Shown: in pieces, positions 1-11,104 of the stretch
Layout: every line of letters starts with the position of its first letter
Numbering within the stretch: the stretch's first letter is position 1
NCBI GenBank assembly: GCA_963750945.1
Contig: CAVVSH010000004.1
Coordinates: forward strand, 719,004-783,003
Direction of reading: 5' to 3'
DNA length: 64,000 nucleotides
From: an uncultured Actinomycetota bacterium
GTDB lineage: Bacteria > Actinomycetota > UBA4738 > HRBIN12
Notes under the pieces: model-generated
Seen by the model: the letters and a program-made list of their open reading frames with translations, nothing else
Told to the model about the DNA's origin: nothing
Database searches by the model: none
Position numbers and translations under genes: made by a program

Positions 1-932
1 TCCCGAACTACTGGGCGCTGGCGGAGCACTTCACGCTCGCGGATCGCTTCTTCAGCTCGATCTACGGCCCGACGGGAGTCGAGCACATGTGGGTGATCGC
101 GTCGCAATCCGACCGGTTCGTGGACATGGAACGCAGGGGTCAGCAAGGGACAGGAGAGCCGCGGGAACGGTGTCTCGATCCGGCCGAACGGGCGTATTCC
201 TTCAAAGAGCTCACCGAAGAGGAGGAGGACGAGGCGTTCCGGCTGGAAGAGATCCCCGCGATCATCCCGCTGACGACGCGATTCTGGACGGAGCGGTGGC
301 CCTGTAGCGAGATCAAGATCCTCCCGGACCTCCTCGAGGAGCGGGATATCTCTTGGCTGTACTACCAGGGCGGCCACTCGCAGATGAAGGTGATGGATGG
401 GATCAAACACGTCCGGTTCGGGCCGATGTGGGAGAAGGTCGTCGATAACGAGGACTTCCTTCCCGACGTCGAAGCCGAGGAGCTTCCTCAGGTCTCCTGG
501 CTGATCCCTCCCGACGGACTCAACGATCACCCCCGTGGGGGGAGAGCGAGCATGTGCGAGGGTGAGAACTGGACCGTGGAGATCCTGAACGCGCTTCAAC
601 GCAGCCCCTATTGGAAGGAGACGGCGGTCGTCCTCACGTGGGATGACTTCGGCGGCTTCTACGATCATGTCGCCCCACCTCACGTCGACCTTTACGGGCT
701 CGGTCCCCGCGTGCCCGCGATCGTCATCTCGCCGTGGGCTCGACCCGGGTACATCGATAGCCGCACGTACGAGTTCTCCTCCGTCCTCAAGTTCATCGAG
801 ACGGTGTTCGATCTCCCCGCGTTGACCGACCGGGATCGCCGCGCGAGCGACATGCTCGATGCGTTCGACTTCCTCCAGCCTCCGTTGGACCCGCTGATCC
901 TCGAATCGCGCGAGTGTCCCGCATCGGCGTGA
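1..932 (+). CDS. Phosphoesterase / phospholipase C (AcpA/PlcN-like) family protein, 5'-truncated by the window edge
   Basis: Frame is open from nt 3 ([24 protein letters not shown]). Family motifs [34 protein letters not shown] and [11 protein letters not shown]. Confidence 0.85.
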   Translation, partial: PNYWALAEHFTLADRFFSSIYGPTGVEHMWVIASQSDRFVDMERRGQQGTGEPRERCLDPAERAYSFKELTEEEEDEAFRLEEIPAIIPLTTRFWTERWPCSEIKILPDLLEERDISWLYYQGGHSQMKVMDGIKHVRFGPMWEKVVDNEDFLPDVEAEELPQVSWLIPPDGLNDHPRGGRASMCEGENWTVEILNALQRSPYWKETAVVLTWDDFGGFYDHVAPPHVDLYGLGPRVPAIVISPWARPGYIDSRTYEFSSVLKFIETVFDLPALTDRDRRASDMLDAFDFLQPPLDPLILESRECPASA

Positions 933-951
933 GGGCACACCGACGCCCTCG

Positions 952-2421
952 ATGACCTCGACGACAGGTGCCGATCCGGCGCAACGGTCGGACGAGTCCG
1001 ACCCTTCGGCTCGAGAGCAGGCGCTCGCGTGGCGACTCCTGATCGTCATCGGGGTTGCCTATGTGGTCGCCCAGGTCGTCTTGATACCGCTTTCCCGGCC
1101 ACCCGCTTGGGACGAAACGATCTACCTCTCTCAGGTCATGCCGGGGATCGATCCGATGATCTTCGAGGCGTGGCGCGCAAGAGGGGTCCCCCTCCTGGTG
1201 GCTCCTGTGACGTTCCTGGGAGGATCGGTCGGAGACGTCCGGCTATTCCTGATGCTCGCCTCCGCGGTCACGATCACGGCAACGTTCAGGTTGTGGATCC
1301 CATCGGTTGGCCTGGCAGCACCGGTCGCCGCCTGGCTGTTCTCCTTCTCGTGGCTCGGTCTCTGGAGTGGATCCGAGGTGATGCCGAACCTCTGGGCAGC
1401 GATCCTCGGGCTCGCGACGGCCGGGTTCGTCGCTCGATACCTCGACGGCGGGGAGAGATGGCACGCTGTGCTCGCCGCGATCGTGCTCGCCGCGATGGCG
1501 TTGGTCCGCCCGACGGAAGCGACGGTGCTTACCGGAGCGATCGGTCTGTACGTCGTGGTGTTCCGAAGGGCTCGATGGCGCCTGCTGTTCGGCCTCGGCC
1601 TGGGCCTCGTGCTCGGATGGGTGCCCTGGCTGATCGAGATGTCCATCCGGTTCGGAGGACCGATGAGCGCACTCGATGAGGCTGCGGTCGAACATTTCGC
1701 GAGAGCTCCGGTCGCGGACAACGTCCTTCTCCATCTGACCGCCACCGATGGAAGACCCCCGGATTCCCCGATTCCTTTGGGGGGCGTTCTCTGGTGGGGC
1801 ATCCTGCTGATCCTCGCGATCGTCGCGATCACGAGAGCGCCGAGACCGAAGGATCGGTCCGCTGCGATCCTCGCGAGCTTCGGGGCGCTGGCACTCGCGG
1901 CGGAGTACCTCGTGTTCGTGTCCGCACTTGCTCCCCGGTTCTTGCTACCCGCGTACGCGTTCGGCTCGCTCCTCGCCGCGATCGGCGTGGTCACACTCAT
2001 CCGAGGTGGGGTCGTCTCCCGGGCCACGGGCGCGGTCGTGCTCATGCTCGCGATCCCGTGGACGATCTGGCAAGGTGCCGTGGCGGACCGATACCAGGAG
2101 AGAAGGATGATCTCGATCCTGGCGTACCGTGACGTCGGCCTCACGATCCGACAGCTGGCCGATGGCCGGTCCTGCTCGTTCATGAGTCCGCAGGGGTACC
2201 CTCAGATCGCGTTCGCCTCAGGGTGCGACGGGGCCGAGCTCCTCCGGGCCCGTGGTCCGATGGTCGGTGAGCTGGAGGAGCTCCGGAACGACGGAGAGGA
2301 AGTCTTCGTGATCCTCAAGCGGGTAGCTCCGGCCGACTCGCCTCTCGGCTCCCTGGATCCCGTTCAGGTCCCCGGGCCACGCAGGACGTGGTTCATGTAT
2401 CACGTCTCCGGGTCGACGTGA
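952..2421 (+). CDS. Polytopic membrane protein, GT-C/PMT-like glycosyltransferase (paralog A)
   Basis: Many hydrophobic segments; acidic WDETIYLSQV loop after the first TM; strongly similar to 8076..9545. Confidence 0.7.
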   Translation: MTSTTGADPAQRSDESDPSAREQALAWRLLIVIGVAYVVAQVVLIPLSRPPAWDETIYLSQVMPGIDPMIFEAWRARGVPLLVAPVTFLGGSVGDVRLFLMLASAVTITATFRLWIPSVGLAAPVAAWLFSFSWLGLWSGSEVMPNLWAAILGLATAGFVARYLDGGERWHAVLAAIVLAAMALVRPTEATVLTGAIGLYVVVFRRARWRLLFGLGLGLVLGWVPWLIEMSIRFGGPMSALDEAAVEHFARAPVADNVLLHLTATDGRPPDSPIPLGGVLWWGILLILAIVAITRAPRPKDRSAAILASFGALALAAEYLVFVSALAPRFLLPAYAFGSLLAAIGVVTLIRGGVVSRATGAVVLMLAIPWTIWQGAVADRYQERRMISILAYRDVGLTIRQLADGRSCSFMSPQGYPQIAFASGCDGAELLRARGPMVGELEELRNDGEEVFVILKRVAPADSPLGSLDPVQVPGPRRTWFMYHVSGST

Positions 2422-2455
2422 TGGATGATGCGAGGTCTTCGCGATCGGTCACAGA

Positions 2456-3817
2456 TCACCCGGGACACTCGGCGCCGGCGCAGGATCGGAGCCGCTCCAG
2501 CCTGGCCCCGAGTCGAGCCACGTTGGGATCGTTCGCGTCATCGCCATCATGCAGCAGATTCACGAGCTGATCGGGATCGCCGCGGATCCGGTAGTACTCG
2601 CGGAACGTGACCTCCTTCGTTCGATCGCTCACATACTCCACATAGATCCATGACTTCGTGAGGACCGCGGTCCACGAAGGTTCGTCCGAGATCCGCCATG
2701 ATTCGAGGAGGAGTCCAGCGCGATCGGAGGTTCGATCGAGCAGGTTGCGCCCGTCGAACGCGGATGGGGCCTCGACGCCCGCTGCGGCGAACATCGTGGG
2801 GCCGATGTCCAGGCTGCCGACCAGCCTGGTGTCGATGCCGCCGGCGGCCACGTGACCGGGCCAGCGGACGTAGAGAGGCACCTCGATCGCGGGCAGGTAC
2901 GGCGCAGCCTTCTTCGAGCGCCCGTGCTCGCCCCACAGGTAGCCGTTGTCCGAAACGAAGATCGCGGCGGTGTTCTGCAGCTCGCCCATCTCTTCCAGCG
3001 CGCGCATGATGCGATCGACCTGATCGTCGACCGCCACGAGCGACCGGAGGGCAGGGACCCGCCGCAGTTGGATAGCGTCGAGGCTCCGTAGACGGCGGCT
3101 TCGCACGTAGCCCGGCTTGTCGCTCCGGTCGACCTCGAGCATCGCGGAGTTGGGTTCGAGCGGCGGCACGACCACATCGAGGTATCGAGGTTCCACCGTC
3201 GCGGGCAGATGCGGAGCCATGAAGGCGAGGTCGAGGAACCATGGCCGTGCGTCGTCGCGCTCGCGGTTCATGAGGAAGGAGATCGAGAGGTCGCCGAGGA
3301 AGCTCGTCGAGTTCTGTGTCACTTCCCTGACCTCGCCGTCGACATTCCACTCCTCGCCTCCGAATGCGACGAATGGTGTGGTCGCCCACCGATCGAAGTT
3401 GGCGGGATCTCGTTCGTTCGGCCAGTTGTTCAGATACTTGCCGAAGAGGGCGGTCCGGTATCCGTCGTTCCGAAGGGCTCGCTGCACCATCAACGGCTCC
3501 GCGGCCGCAAGGACGTCGAGGTTCTCCCGATTCGTGTGGATCCCATGATTGTGCGCATACAGTCCGGTCAAGATCGATGCGCGCGCCGGACAGCAGGCGG
3601 GAGTCGTGACGAAGGCGTTCTCGTACCGGGTTCCGCCGGCTCCGAACCATCGTTCGACATCCGGCATCATCGACATCGTTCCGTCTCGCTGGTCGTCGGT
3701 GACGATGAGCAAGATGTTCGGTCTCCCCGCATCTGGGGAGTTGTCGTGAGGCGTGACCGGATCGGCGGTACAGGCAACCAGCGTGAGTAGCAAGAGAAGC
3801 GCCCACTGCCGATTCAC
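2456..3817 (-). CDS. Sulfatase, probable lipoprotein
   Basis: PNILLIVTDDQR; formylglycine motif CCPARASILTG; FGKYLN; SDNGYLWGEHG; lipobox-like LVAC after a hydrophobic stretch. Confidence 0.9.
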   Translation of the reverse strand: MNRQWALLLLLTLVACTADPVTPHDNSPDAGRPNILLIVTDDQRDGTMSMMPDVERWFGAGGTRYENAFVTTPACCPARASILTGLYAHNHGIHTNRENLDVLAAAEPLMVQRALRNDGYRTALFGKYLNNWPNERDPANFDRWATTPFVAFGGEEWNVDGEVREVTQNSTSFLGDLSISFLMNRERDDARPWFLDLAFMAPHLPATVEPRYLDVVVPPLEPNSAMLEVDRSDKPGYVRSRRLRSLDAIQLRRVPALRSLVAVDDQVDRIMRALEEMGELQNTAAIFVSDNGYLWGEHGRSKKAAPYLPAIEVPLYVRWPGHVAAGGIDTRLVGSLDIGPTMFAAAGVEAPSAFDGRNLLDRTSDRAGLLLESWRISDEPSWTAVLTKSWIYVEYVSDRTKEVTFREYYRIRGDPDQLVNLLHDGDDANDPNVARLGARLERLRSCAGAECPG

Positions 3818-3941
3818 CGGAGGAGCTTATCGGACTGCCGAGCGAAGCCTGCTCGGATCGTGGCATCTATCGGAGAAGTGACGAGGATCACTGAACCCAC
3901 GAAGGTGCTCGCCCGTCCGGCCGCACCTAGACTTCCCGGCT

Positions 3942-6056
3942 GTGCCGGCCGCCTCGATCCCCAGCGTCTTGATCGTGCTCGCCTACCTCCTCGTACCCGG
4001 AATGGGCATCTGTCTCGCGACCGGTGTCGCTCGGATGCGTGGGCCTGTCACGTTCCTCGCCCTGTCGTTGGGATGCGGGTTCGCCGCCGTCGCGAGTATC
4101 TCGTTCGTCCTCGTCCTCCTGGGGCTCCTCACCCTTCCGGCGGTCGCGATCGTCTGGACGCTCACGAGTGCCGCCGCGTGGGTCGTGGCACTCACGACGA
4201 ACGCCGTCGGTGCGCACATCAGGCGATGGCGCCGGGCGATCTCGGACGATCCGTGGAGCACGTTGGCGGCGGTCGCGACGATCGTCGGCGTGGCGGCGGT
4301 GCGATGGACGTACCCGCCGATCGCGAACATGGGCGCCACCGCGATGCGGTATTGGGCGGACGCGCTCGAGATCGCCGACGCAGGGAGGATCCCTGCGGAG
4401 ACGCTCCAGTGGGGAACGCTCCTGCGGCCGGCGACGAGCAAGTCGGTCTTGAACAGCTTCAACGCCGGCATCTCGCTCCTGACGGGGCGCGGTCCGCTGG
4501 ATTCGATGGGCATCCTGTTGTTCATCGTCTCCGTCTCGCTCGTGATCGTGATGATCGCTCTTCTCTGGGCGCTCGGGTTGAAGCGGCTCGCTCCTCTCGG
4601 TGCGCTCGCCCTCTTCGCCAACCAGGTGACGGGCAGCGAGCTCACCGCAGACCTCACGCGGAACCTCGCGGAGAATTGGGGACGGCTCGCGGCGCTCGTC
4701 GGGATCATCCTCGTGATCTTCGCCCTGAGGCGTCCGTCCGAAGACCGCGCGGGAGCGGGGGATGCCGCTGATGCGGATCCCGTTCGGCCGAGCGACCTGG
4801 TGATCGCCGGCTGGGTGCTGGGCGCGGCGGCCGGCACCCATCTGGTGGCGGCCGCGACCGGGGCCCTTTTCATCCTGGCCTATGCGGTGGGCCAGATGGC
4901 GATCCGAGGCTCACCGAGGGCGACGCTGTCTCGCACCGTTGGGGTCGGGGCCGTCGCGTTCGTCGTGGCGACGCTCAGCCTTGCGCTTCCCGCCGGTGAT
5001 CTGGGGTTCGGAGGCGCGGGCGGGGACGCCGCGTACCAGGACCTGCGCGCAGAGTTGGGGCTCTCGCCGACGTTCGACCCGACGAGGTTCCTCGTCACGT
5101 CGGAGCTCGAACAGCCTTTGGACGACGAGACCCTCGGGATCGAGGACGTCGCGATGGCGTTCGCGTATCGCGCGGCCGGCAGGAACGTCCAGGTCGTGAC
5201 ACCGGAGCGGGTCCTTCCTCCCTGGGCTCTCATCATGCCGATCGCCCTGGTCTTCCTGATCGTGGTGATGGTTCTCGTATGGGGACCCAACGACGCACGT
5301 GTGACCGTGCTGTGCGCAAGCGTCTTCGCGGGATTCCTGTTCCTTGGGGGTGTCGCGTTCGCGCTCCGGTACGACCTCTACGCACTCGAACGATTCGGGA
5401 ACCGGCGTCTCTTCAACTACGCGATGGTCCCCTACGTCATCGTGTTCCTCGCAGGCGCAGAGGGGGTGCTGCGATGGATCGCGGCTCGCGGGCGGGTGCA
5501 GATGCGGCTCGTCTCGATCGGCGCGTGCGGGCTCGTGGTCGCGTCGATGCTCGTCTTCTTGCCCTCGGCAGGCTGGCCGAAGGTGGAGAAGATCGACAGT
5601 CTCCGGGAACAGATCGCGTTGCTACGGTGGATCGGCGAGCACGTGCCCTGCGAAGGGAGGGTGTTGGCGGACCGACGCACCCTCGGCACGTTCCAGACCA
5701 TGACGGGTCATGCCGCGGTTCTGGAGGGGATGGGCCCTCACGTTCGACCCGAGGTGTTGACGAGGGCGATCGGCGAACTGTTCCTGGCCACGGACTTCTT
5801 CGAGGATCCCCGAGCAGGCAGGAGATACCTGAAGGAGCGAGGAGTGGCGATCGTGGTCGCGACGAGACCGTTCGCGGACTTCGCGGGCTGGCGTCGAGTC
5901 GGCAGGCTTCGGCCTCATCCCTTCCGGGACATCGGGTTCCTCCGACGTGTCTACACCAGCCCCGTGGGGTTCGTGTTTCGCGTCAAGGGGTCGGTGCCGG
6001 ATCCGTCGCTCCCAGCCGTGGAAGGTCGACCGGGGTATCGCTGCACGGCAGGTTGA
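3942..6056 (+). CDS. Large polytopic membrane protein, possibly GT-C fold
   Basis: 704-aa ORF with many hydrophobic helices and a soluble C-terminal domain. TAGACT -10-like hexamer lies just upstream of the GTG (possibly leaderless). Confidence 0.65.
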   Translation: MPAASIPSVLIVLAYLLVPGMGICLATGVARMRGPVTFLALSLGCGFAAVASISFVLVLLGLLTLPAVAIVWTLTSAAAWVVALTTNAVGAHIRRWRRAISDDPWSTLAAVATIVGVAAVRWTYPPIANMGATAMRYWADALEIADAGRIPAETLQWGTLLRPATSKSVLNSFNAGISLLTGRGPLDSMGILLFIVSVSLVIVMIALLWALGLKRLAPLGALALFANQVTGSELTADLTRNLAENWGRLAALVGIILVIFALRRPSEDRAGAGDAADADPVRPSDLVIAGWVLGAAAGTHLVAAATGALFILAYAVGQMAIRGSPRATLSRTVGVGAVAFVVATLSLALPAGDLGFGGAGGDAAYQDLRAELGLSPTFDPTRFLVTSELEQPLDDETLGIEDVAMAFAYRAAGRNVQVVTPERVLPPWALIMPIALVFLIVVMVLVWGPNDARVTVLCASVFAGFLFLGGVAFALRYDLYALERFGNRRLFNYAMVPYVIVFLAGAEGVLRWIAARGRVQMRLVSIGACGLVVASMLVFLPSAGWPKVEKIDSLREQIALLRWIGEHVPCEGRVLADRRTLGTFQTMTGHAAVLEGMGPHVRPEVLTRAIGELFLATDFFEDPRAGRRYLKERGVAIVVATRPFADFAGWRRVGRLRPHPFRDIGFLRRVYTSPVGFVFRVKGSVPDPSLPAVEGRPGYRCTAG

Positions 6057-6103
6057 TCTCTCTTCAGGGTGGCCTGACGCGAACGAGGTTCCACCGAGGG
6101 CGG

Positions 6104-7342
6104 TCACAAGAGATCGGCGAGTGCTCCGAGCACGCGATCGACCTCACCCGGGGTGTGGTAATGGCAGAAGCCGATCCGAACGGCCCCTCCCGACTCCCAC
6201 AGCCCGAGCCTGATCATGATCTCCCGCGCGTAGTAGTCGCCGTCCCACACGAAGATGCCGTGCGCCGCGAGCCGCTTGGCGGTCTGCACGGGAAGCTCGT
6301 CCTGGACCCGGATCGCGAACGTCGGCGTTCGCTCGTCCAGCCGAGCCCGATCGGAGATGCCCCAGAGCCGCACGCCGGGGAGGGTGGCGATCCCCTCGAG
6401 GAAGCGATCTGCGAGGGCCCGCTCATGGGTCGCGATCGCGACGTAGGAAGCCGTGAGACGCTCCCGACGCGACGTGCCGGCCGCGCCCTCGATACCCGCG
6501 AGATACTCCACGGCGGCAACCAGTCCGGCCAGGCCTTCGTGGTTCTGGGTGCCGGTCTCCCAGCGTTCCGGATCTCCGTCGGACGCGGGGACCAGCTTGT
6601 ACGGTGTCCACGTCTCGAGGAGATGGCGGCGCGCCGCGAGGATGCCGAGATGTGGCCCGAAGAACTTGTAGGGAGAGCAGACGAGGAGGTCGGCGCCGAG
6701 TCCATGCAGATCGGGGAGGCGGTGCTGTGCCAGGTGCACCGCATCGACCGCCACGAGGGCGCCGACCTGCTTGGCCAGCGCCACGAGGTCGGCTGCCGGT
6801 GGGATCGTGCCCACCGCGTTGGACGCGAGAGTGAACGCGACGAGTTTCGTTCGCGGGGACAGCGCGGCACGGAAGGAATCGATGTCGATCGTCACGTCGT
6901 TGTCGCGGACATCCACCCATCGGACGGTCGCCCCTGCGTCGGCGGCCGCCAGCACCCACGGGCGGACGTTCGCATCGTGATCCAGCCTGGTCACCACGAC
7001 CTCGTCGCCGGGCTCCAGGGTCTTCGAGAAGGATCGGGACACATGGAAGAGGAGGGTCGTCGCGTTGGGACCGAACACGACCTCGCCGGGGTCCGCACCC
7101 GTGAGGTCGGCAGCCGCGCGCCGAGCCTCCGAGATGACGTCGTCCGTCTCCTCGCTCGTGGCGAACACACCGTGCGTGTTGCTCAACCCTCGCCGGTAGT
7201 GACCCGCCACGGCCTCGATCACGGCATCGGGGACCTGGGAGCCGCCCGGCGCATCCGCGAGCACCGGCGGCCTGCCGTCCTCGCCGAGGCGGGCGAGCGC
7301 GGGGAATCGGGCACGGATGCTTCGGAGGTCCAGCACGGTCAC
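6104..7342 (-). CDS. Cysteine desulfurase-like class V PLP aminotransferase
   Basis: IRARFPAL, DAPGGSQVP, TRLDHDANVRPW, PLP-lysine motif SPYKFFGPHLG, ETGTQNHE. Start at 7342 or 7354. Confidence 0.88.
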   Translation of the reverse strand: MTVLDLRSIRARFPALARLGEDGRPPVLADAPGGSQVPDAVIEAVAGHYRRGLSNTHGVFATSEETDDVISEARRAAADLTGADPGEVVFGPNATTLLFHVSRSFSKTLEPGDEVVVTRLDHDANVRPWVLAAADAGATVRWVDVRDNDVTIDIDSFRAALSPRTKLVAFTLASNAVGTIPPAADLVALAKQVGALVAVDAVHLAQHRLPDLHGLGADLLVCSPYKFFGPHLGILAARRHLLETWTPYKLVPASDGDPERWETGTQNHEGLAGLVAAVEYLAGIEGAAGTSRRERLTASYVAIATHERALADRFLEGIATLPGVRLWGISDRARLDERTPTFAIRVQDELPVQTAKRLAAHGIFVWDGDYYAREIMIRLGLWESGGAVRIGFCHYHTPGEVDRVLGALADLL

Positions 7343-7406
7343 AGGCTCCCGCACCCCGTGCCCGGCGGCAACCGGGCACCGGCGCCGCCGCCGATCACGC
7401 CGGCGA

Positions 7407-8030
7407 TCATTCCGACGACCCGGGGTCCACGTTCCATCCGGCCGGCAGCTCGGGGGTCGGCCAGGCGGGGTCGGGGCGCCAATCCTCCCAATCCCGATCG
7501 AAGGGCGGCTTCCGCGAGATGATGCGATCGACGGCTCGGGCGCCCCAGTCGCGGAATCCGGCAGCCTCCTCCGCAGAGAACAGCCCGTCGCGAACCGCCT
7601 CCATCAGCTCCTCCTCGTCTTTCCACCCCCAGGATGAGCCGTTGAGCTCGATCAGCACGTCCAGCACGTGGTCGACGGTGTCGAAGCCGATGGGCGTGCG
7701 CTCGAGCGGGTCCTCGAGGTTCACGTACCAGACGCGTGGCCGGTCCTCCGGGGCCCACAGAAGGACGGAGTAGGGCGTGTCCGGCCACGCGAACGAAAGG
7801 ATCGGTTGGTCGCCACGGAGCCGGACCTCCAAGTGCCAGGGCCCGTCGGGGAGCCTTCGGACACGATCGTCATCTCCGATCGGCAGGCCGCACCGAACGC
7901 CGCCGGGCAAGAAGAACATGGCCTGGTCGGGATCGTCCTGGACGACGGTCATCGGCCGTGCCTCGAAGACACGACCGTGCCACAGCTCTCGAAGCGCGAT
8001 CGGCTCGCCCGGTTGGAATCTTCGTGGCAC
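7407..8030 (-). CDS. DUF402 domain protein
   Basis: C-terminal part of ORF 7407..8864 from the GTG at 8030: WYVNLEDPLERTPIGFDTVDHVLDV...WKDEEEL. Confidence 0.75.
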   Translation of the reverse strand: MPRRFQPGEPIALRELWHGRVFEARPMTVVQDDPDQAMFFLPGGVRCGLPIGDDDRVRRLPDGPWHLEVRLRGDQPILSFAWPDTPYSVLLWAPEDRPRVWYVNLEDPLERTPIGFDTVDHVLDVLIELNGSSWGWKDEEELMEAVRDGLFSAEEAAGFRDWGARAVDRIISRKPPFDRDWEDWRPDPAWPTPELPAGWNVDPGSSE

Positions 8031-8075
8031 GTCGACAAGCGTACGGCGTGGTCGCGCACGATCGTCGAGCGTCCG

Positions 8076-9545
8076 ATGACCGCGACGATCGATCGAGACC
8101 CGAAGGATCTTCAGGAGGAGGCCGAAAGTCACACGAGCCGCGAGCGCGCGCTGGCGCTCGGTCTCGTGATCGCCATCGGCGTCGTGTCGCTCGTCGTTCA
8201 GCTCCTGTTCATCCCCCATGACTGGCCGACGAGCTGGGATGAGGCCGTCTACCTCTCGCAGGTCACGCCCGACATGGACGGACTCTTCTTCAATGCGTGG
8301 CACGCGAGAGGCATCACGCTCCTGGTGGCTCCTGTCACGTCGCTGGGAGGTTCCGTCAGCGACGTCCGTCTGTTCCTGACGGTGCTGTCCGCCATCGCGG
8401 TCACGCTGACGTTCCGGTTGTGGATCCCCGTCGTCGGGATCGCGGCGGCGCTCGCCGCCTTCGTCTTCTCCTTCTCCTGGCAGGGGCTCATCCCGGCAAG
8501 CGAGATCAAGCCGAACTACTGGGGAGCGCTCCTGGGCCTCGCGACCGCGGGCCTGATCGCCCGGAGACTCCAGGGCGACCGCACGCGAGACCTGGTGTTC
8601 GCGTCGATCGTCCTCGCCGCGATGGCGCTGGTGCGCCCGACGGAAGCAACCGTCCTGGCCGGCGCCATCGGGGCGTACATCCTGTTGTTCAGAAGGACGT
8701 CGTGGCGCGACCTCTTCGCGTTGGGCGCCGGGCTGTTCCTGGGCTGGCTGCCGTGGGTCATCGAGATGTCCGTACGGTTCGGTGGGCTCCCGGGAGCGGT
8801 GCGGGAGGCCGGCAAGGAGCATCACTTCGGGTTGGTCCCGGTCGCGGAGAACGTGCGTCTTCATCTCCTCTACACGGATGGGAAGTACGGTGAGTCGGCG
8901 ATCCCGGGGGCGATCTGGTGGGGCGTGCTCGTCCTGATGGTCGTCGTCGCGATCGCCCGGGGGGTGACGAGGGACGATCGTGCGGCGGCGCTGCTCTGCG
9001 CCGTCGCCGCGCTGTTCCTCGCCGCCGAATACCTCTTCTTCGTTCCGGCGCTGACGTACCGGTTCCTGCTCCCGGCGTATGCGATGGCCTCGATCCCGTT
9101 CGCGGTCGGGGTGGTCTCGCTGCTTCGAGGCACCATCCCTTCACGGATCATCGGCGCCGGTGTGTTCCTGCTCCTCGTCCCGTGGACGATCTGGCAGGGT
9201 GCCGTCACCATCGAGCAGGCTCCGAAGGTGAATCGTGGCGCGGCCGGCCCGGTGCGCGTCGGCACGACGATCCGGCGGCTGGCGGAGGGTCGGCCCTGCC
9301 TGGTCCTGAGCCAGCGCGCCTACCCGCAGGTCGCCTACGCGGCCGGGTGTTCGGGTGGACCGGCGGAGTTCCGTCTGCTCACCGAGGAGCGCCTCGAGCA
9401 GCTCTCCAGGAGCGGACGAGCGGTCTTCGTGGTGCGGATCAGGGAGGTGCCGGAGGACTCGCCGCTCGGCTCGATCGAACCGGTACCCGTCCTCGCGGCG
9501 TTCTCGAACTGGTTCGTCTACGAGATCCCGACGACCCCCGGCTGA
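8076..9545 (+). CDS. Polytopic membrane protein, GT-C/PMT-like glycosyltransferase (paralog B)
   Basis: ATG at 8076; [10 protein letters not shown]; colinear with 952..2421 ([27 protein letters not shown]). Confidence 0.7.
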   Translation: MTATIDRDPKDLQEEAESHTSRERALALGLVIAIGVVSLVVQLLFIPHDWPTSWDEAVYLSQVTPDMDGLFFNAWHARGITLLVAPVTSLGGSVSDVRLFLTVLSAIAVTLTFRLWIPVVGIAAALAAFVFSFSWQGLIPASEIKPNYWGALLGLATAGLIARRLQGDRTRDLVFASIVLAAMALVRPTEATVLAGAIGAYILLFRRTSWRDLFALGAGLFLGWLPWVIEMSVRFGGLPGAVREAGKEHHFGLVPVAENVRLHLLYTDGKYGESAIPGAIWWGVLVLMVVVAIARGVTRDDRAAALLCAVAALFLAAEYLFFVPALTYRFLLPAYAMASIPFAVGVVSLLRGTIPSRIIGAGVFLLLVPWTIWQGAVTIEQAPKVNRGAAGPVRVGTTIRRLAEGRPCLVLSQRAYPQVAYAAGCSGGPAEFRLLTEERLEQLSRSGRAVFVVRIREVPEDSPLGSIEPVPVLAAFSNWFVYEIPTTPG

Positions 9546-9574
9546 TACGAGCCGCCGGTGACGTGATCCGGGCC

Positions 9575-11053
9575 TCAGCGGAATCGGAGCTTCCGGGCTC
9601 CGATCAGTGCCATCCGAGCGAGCAGGAGCCCGTGCCGCCACCGATCGATGTTGGTCGTGCCGTACGTGCGCTCCCGGTATCGCACCGGCACCTCGCGGAT
9701 CTTCAAGCCGAGGTTCGCCGCCCCGAAGAGGAGATCGAAGTCTCCGAACGGGTCGAAGTCCCCGAACGTCTTCCTGTTGGCCGCGATCCGACGGTAGTCG
9801 CGTGCCCACAGGACCTTGGTGCCGCACAGGGTATCCGTCACCCGTTCGCCGAGGATCCAGCTGAAGATCAGACTGAAGACCTTGTTGCCGGCCGTGTTGG
9901 CGAGGCGCATCGCGTTGTTCTCCATCGGGTAGACGAGTCTCGTCCCGTTGATGAACTCTCCCCGCTCCTCGACGAGTGCGGACCAGAACTTCGGGAGATC
10001 CTCCGGCGGAACGGTGAGGTCGGCGTCGAGGATCATCAGCACGTCACCGGTCGCGAGCTCGAATCCCTTCCGGACCGCGTCGCCCTTGCCCGTCCCGTCC
10101 TGTCGCGTCACCTTCACGTCGAGCTCCGGGTGCTCGGCGATCACCGCTTCGATCTCCTCGTAGGTGCCGTCACTCGAATGGCCCTCGACGAAGATCAGCT
10201 CGGTATGGCTTCCCAGACGGGGGAGGCGCTCGACCGCATCCCGGATGTTCCCGCGCTCGTTCCGTGCCGGGATGACCACGGTGCACGTCGGCTCCGAGAT
10301 CCGGGGGATCACCTCCGCCTTCTTGGGTCTGGCCGTGACGAAGGAGATCAGCCCGAGACGGTTGATGAGGGGGACCGCGGACAGCAGGTTGTTCAGCGGA
10401 CGCGTCAGCCACGCAGGACCCACGGGCAGCGGCGTCCGGTAGCCGGACTTCACGACCTCGAGGTCGGTCATCTCGACGAGGTTCGCCAGGCCGTCGTTGG
10501 ACAACCAGCTCTGGAGCGGTTCCTGCGCTTTCAGTCCGAACCGCTCCGCGAGCCACAGCACCGGCTCCCACGCGAAGTTGTAGTACGCGACGATGACCCG
10601 AGACGAAGGATGCGTCACGCTCGTCAGCGTGCGGAAGAGTTCGTTGACGTCCATCACGAAGCCGACCACGTTGCTGGCGATCACATAGTCGAAGGTCCCC
10701 GAGATCGGGAGCCGCTCCACGTCTCCGCAGACGAAGTCGAGATCCGGATGGCGGCGTCGGGCGTCCACGAGCATCGGGAGCGAGAAGTCGACGCCGACGC
10801 CGCGGGAGGGCTGGAGGGAGGCGAGCAGCGCCCCGTCGCCGCACCCGAGATCGAGGACCGTCGCCCCGGGCTCCACCTGATCGCGGATCATCCCGTAGAG
10901 ATCGTCGTAGTAGTACCGGTGTCGGGATCGCGTCGCGAGACGTTCCGGGGCGGCACGGTCGAAGTGACGGCGGACGCGGCGGCGCGCCCGGTCGTCGAGA
11001 CCGTTCGCGCCACCGTCCCGCGTGTCGGGCGACGGCGACTGTTGGCTTCCCAC
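9575..11053 (-). CDS. Class I SAM methyltransferase / GT2 glycosyltransferase fusion
   Basis: SAM motif VLDLGCGDG; GT2 motifs [18 protein letters not shown] (DXD) and DTLCGTK. Start estimated at GTG 11053. Confidence 0.85.
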   Translation of the reverse strand: MGSQQSPSPDTRDGGANGLDDRARRRVRRHFDRAAPERLATRSRHRYYYDDLYGMIRDQVEPGATVLDLGCGDGALLASLQPSRGVGVDFSLPMLVDARRRHPDLDFVCGDVERLPISGTFDYVIASNVVGFVMDVNELFRTLTSVTHPSSRVIVAYYNFAWEPVLWLAERFGLKAQEPLQSWLSNDGLANLVEMTDLEVVKSGYRTPLPVGPAWLTRPLNNLLSAVPLINRLGLISFVTARPKKAEVIPRISEPTCTVVIPARNERGNIRDAVERLPRLGSHTELIFVEGHSSDGTYEEIEAVIAEHPELDVKVTRQDGTGKGDAVRKGFELATGDVLMILDADLTVPPEDLPKFWSALVEERGEFINGTRLVYPMENNAMRLANTAGNKVFSLIFSWILGERVTDTLCGTKVLWARDYRRIAANRKTFGDFDPFGDFDLLFGAANLGLKIREVPVRYRERTYGTTNIDRWRHGLLLARMALIGARKLRFR

Positions 11054-11104
11054 GAAGGGTGGAATGATAGGCTCATCTCTCCGCGGACATCGCGCGGATA
11101 TCGC

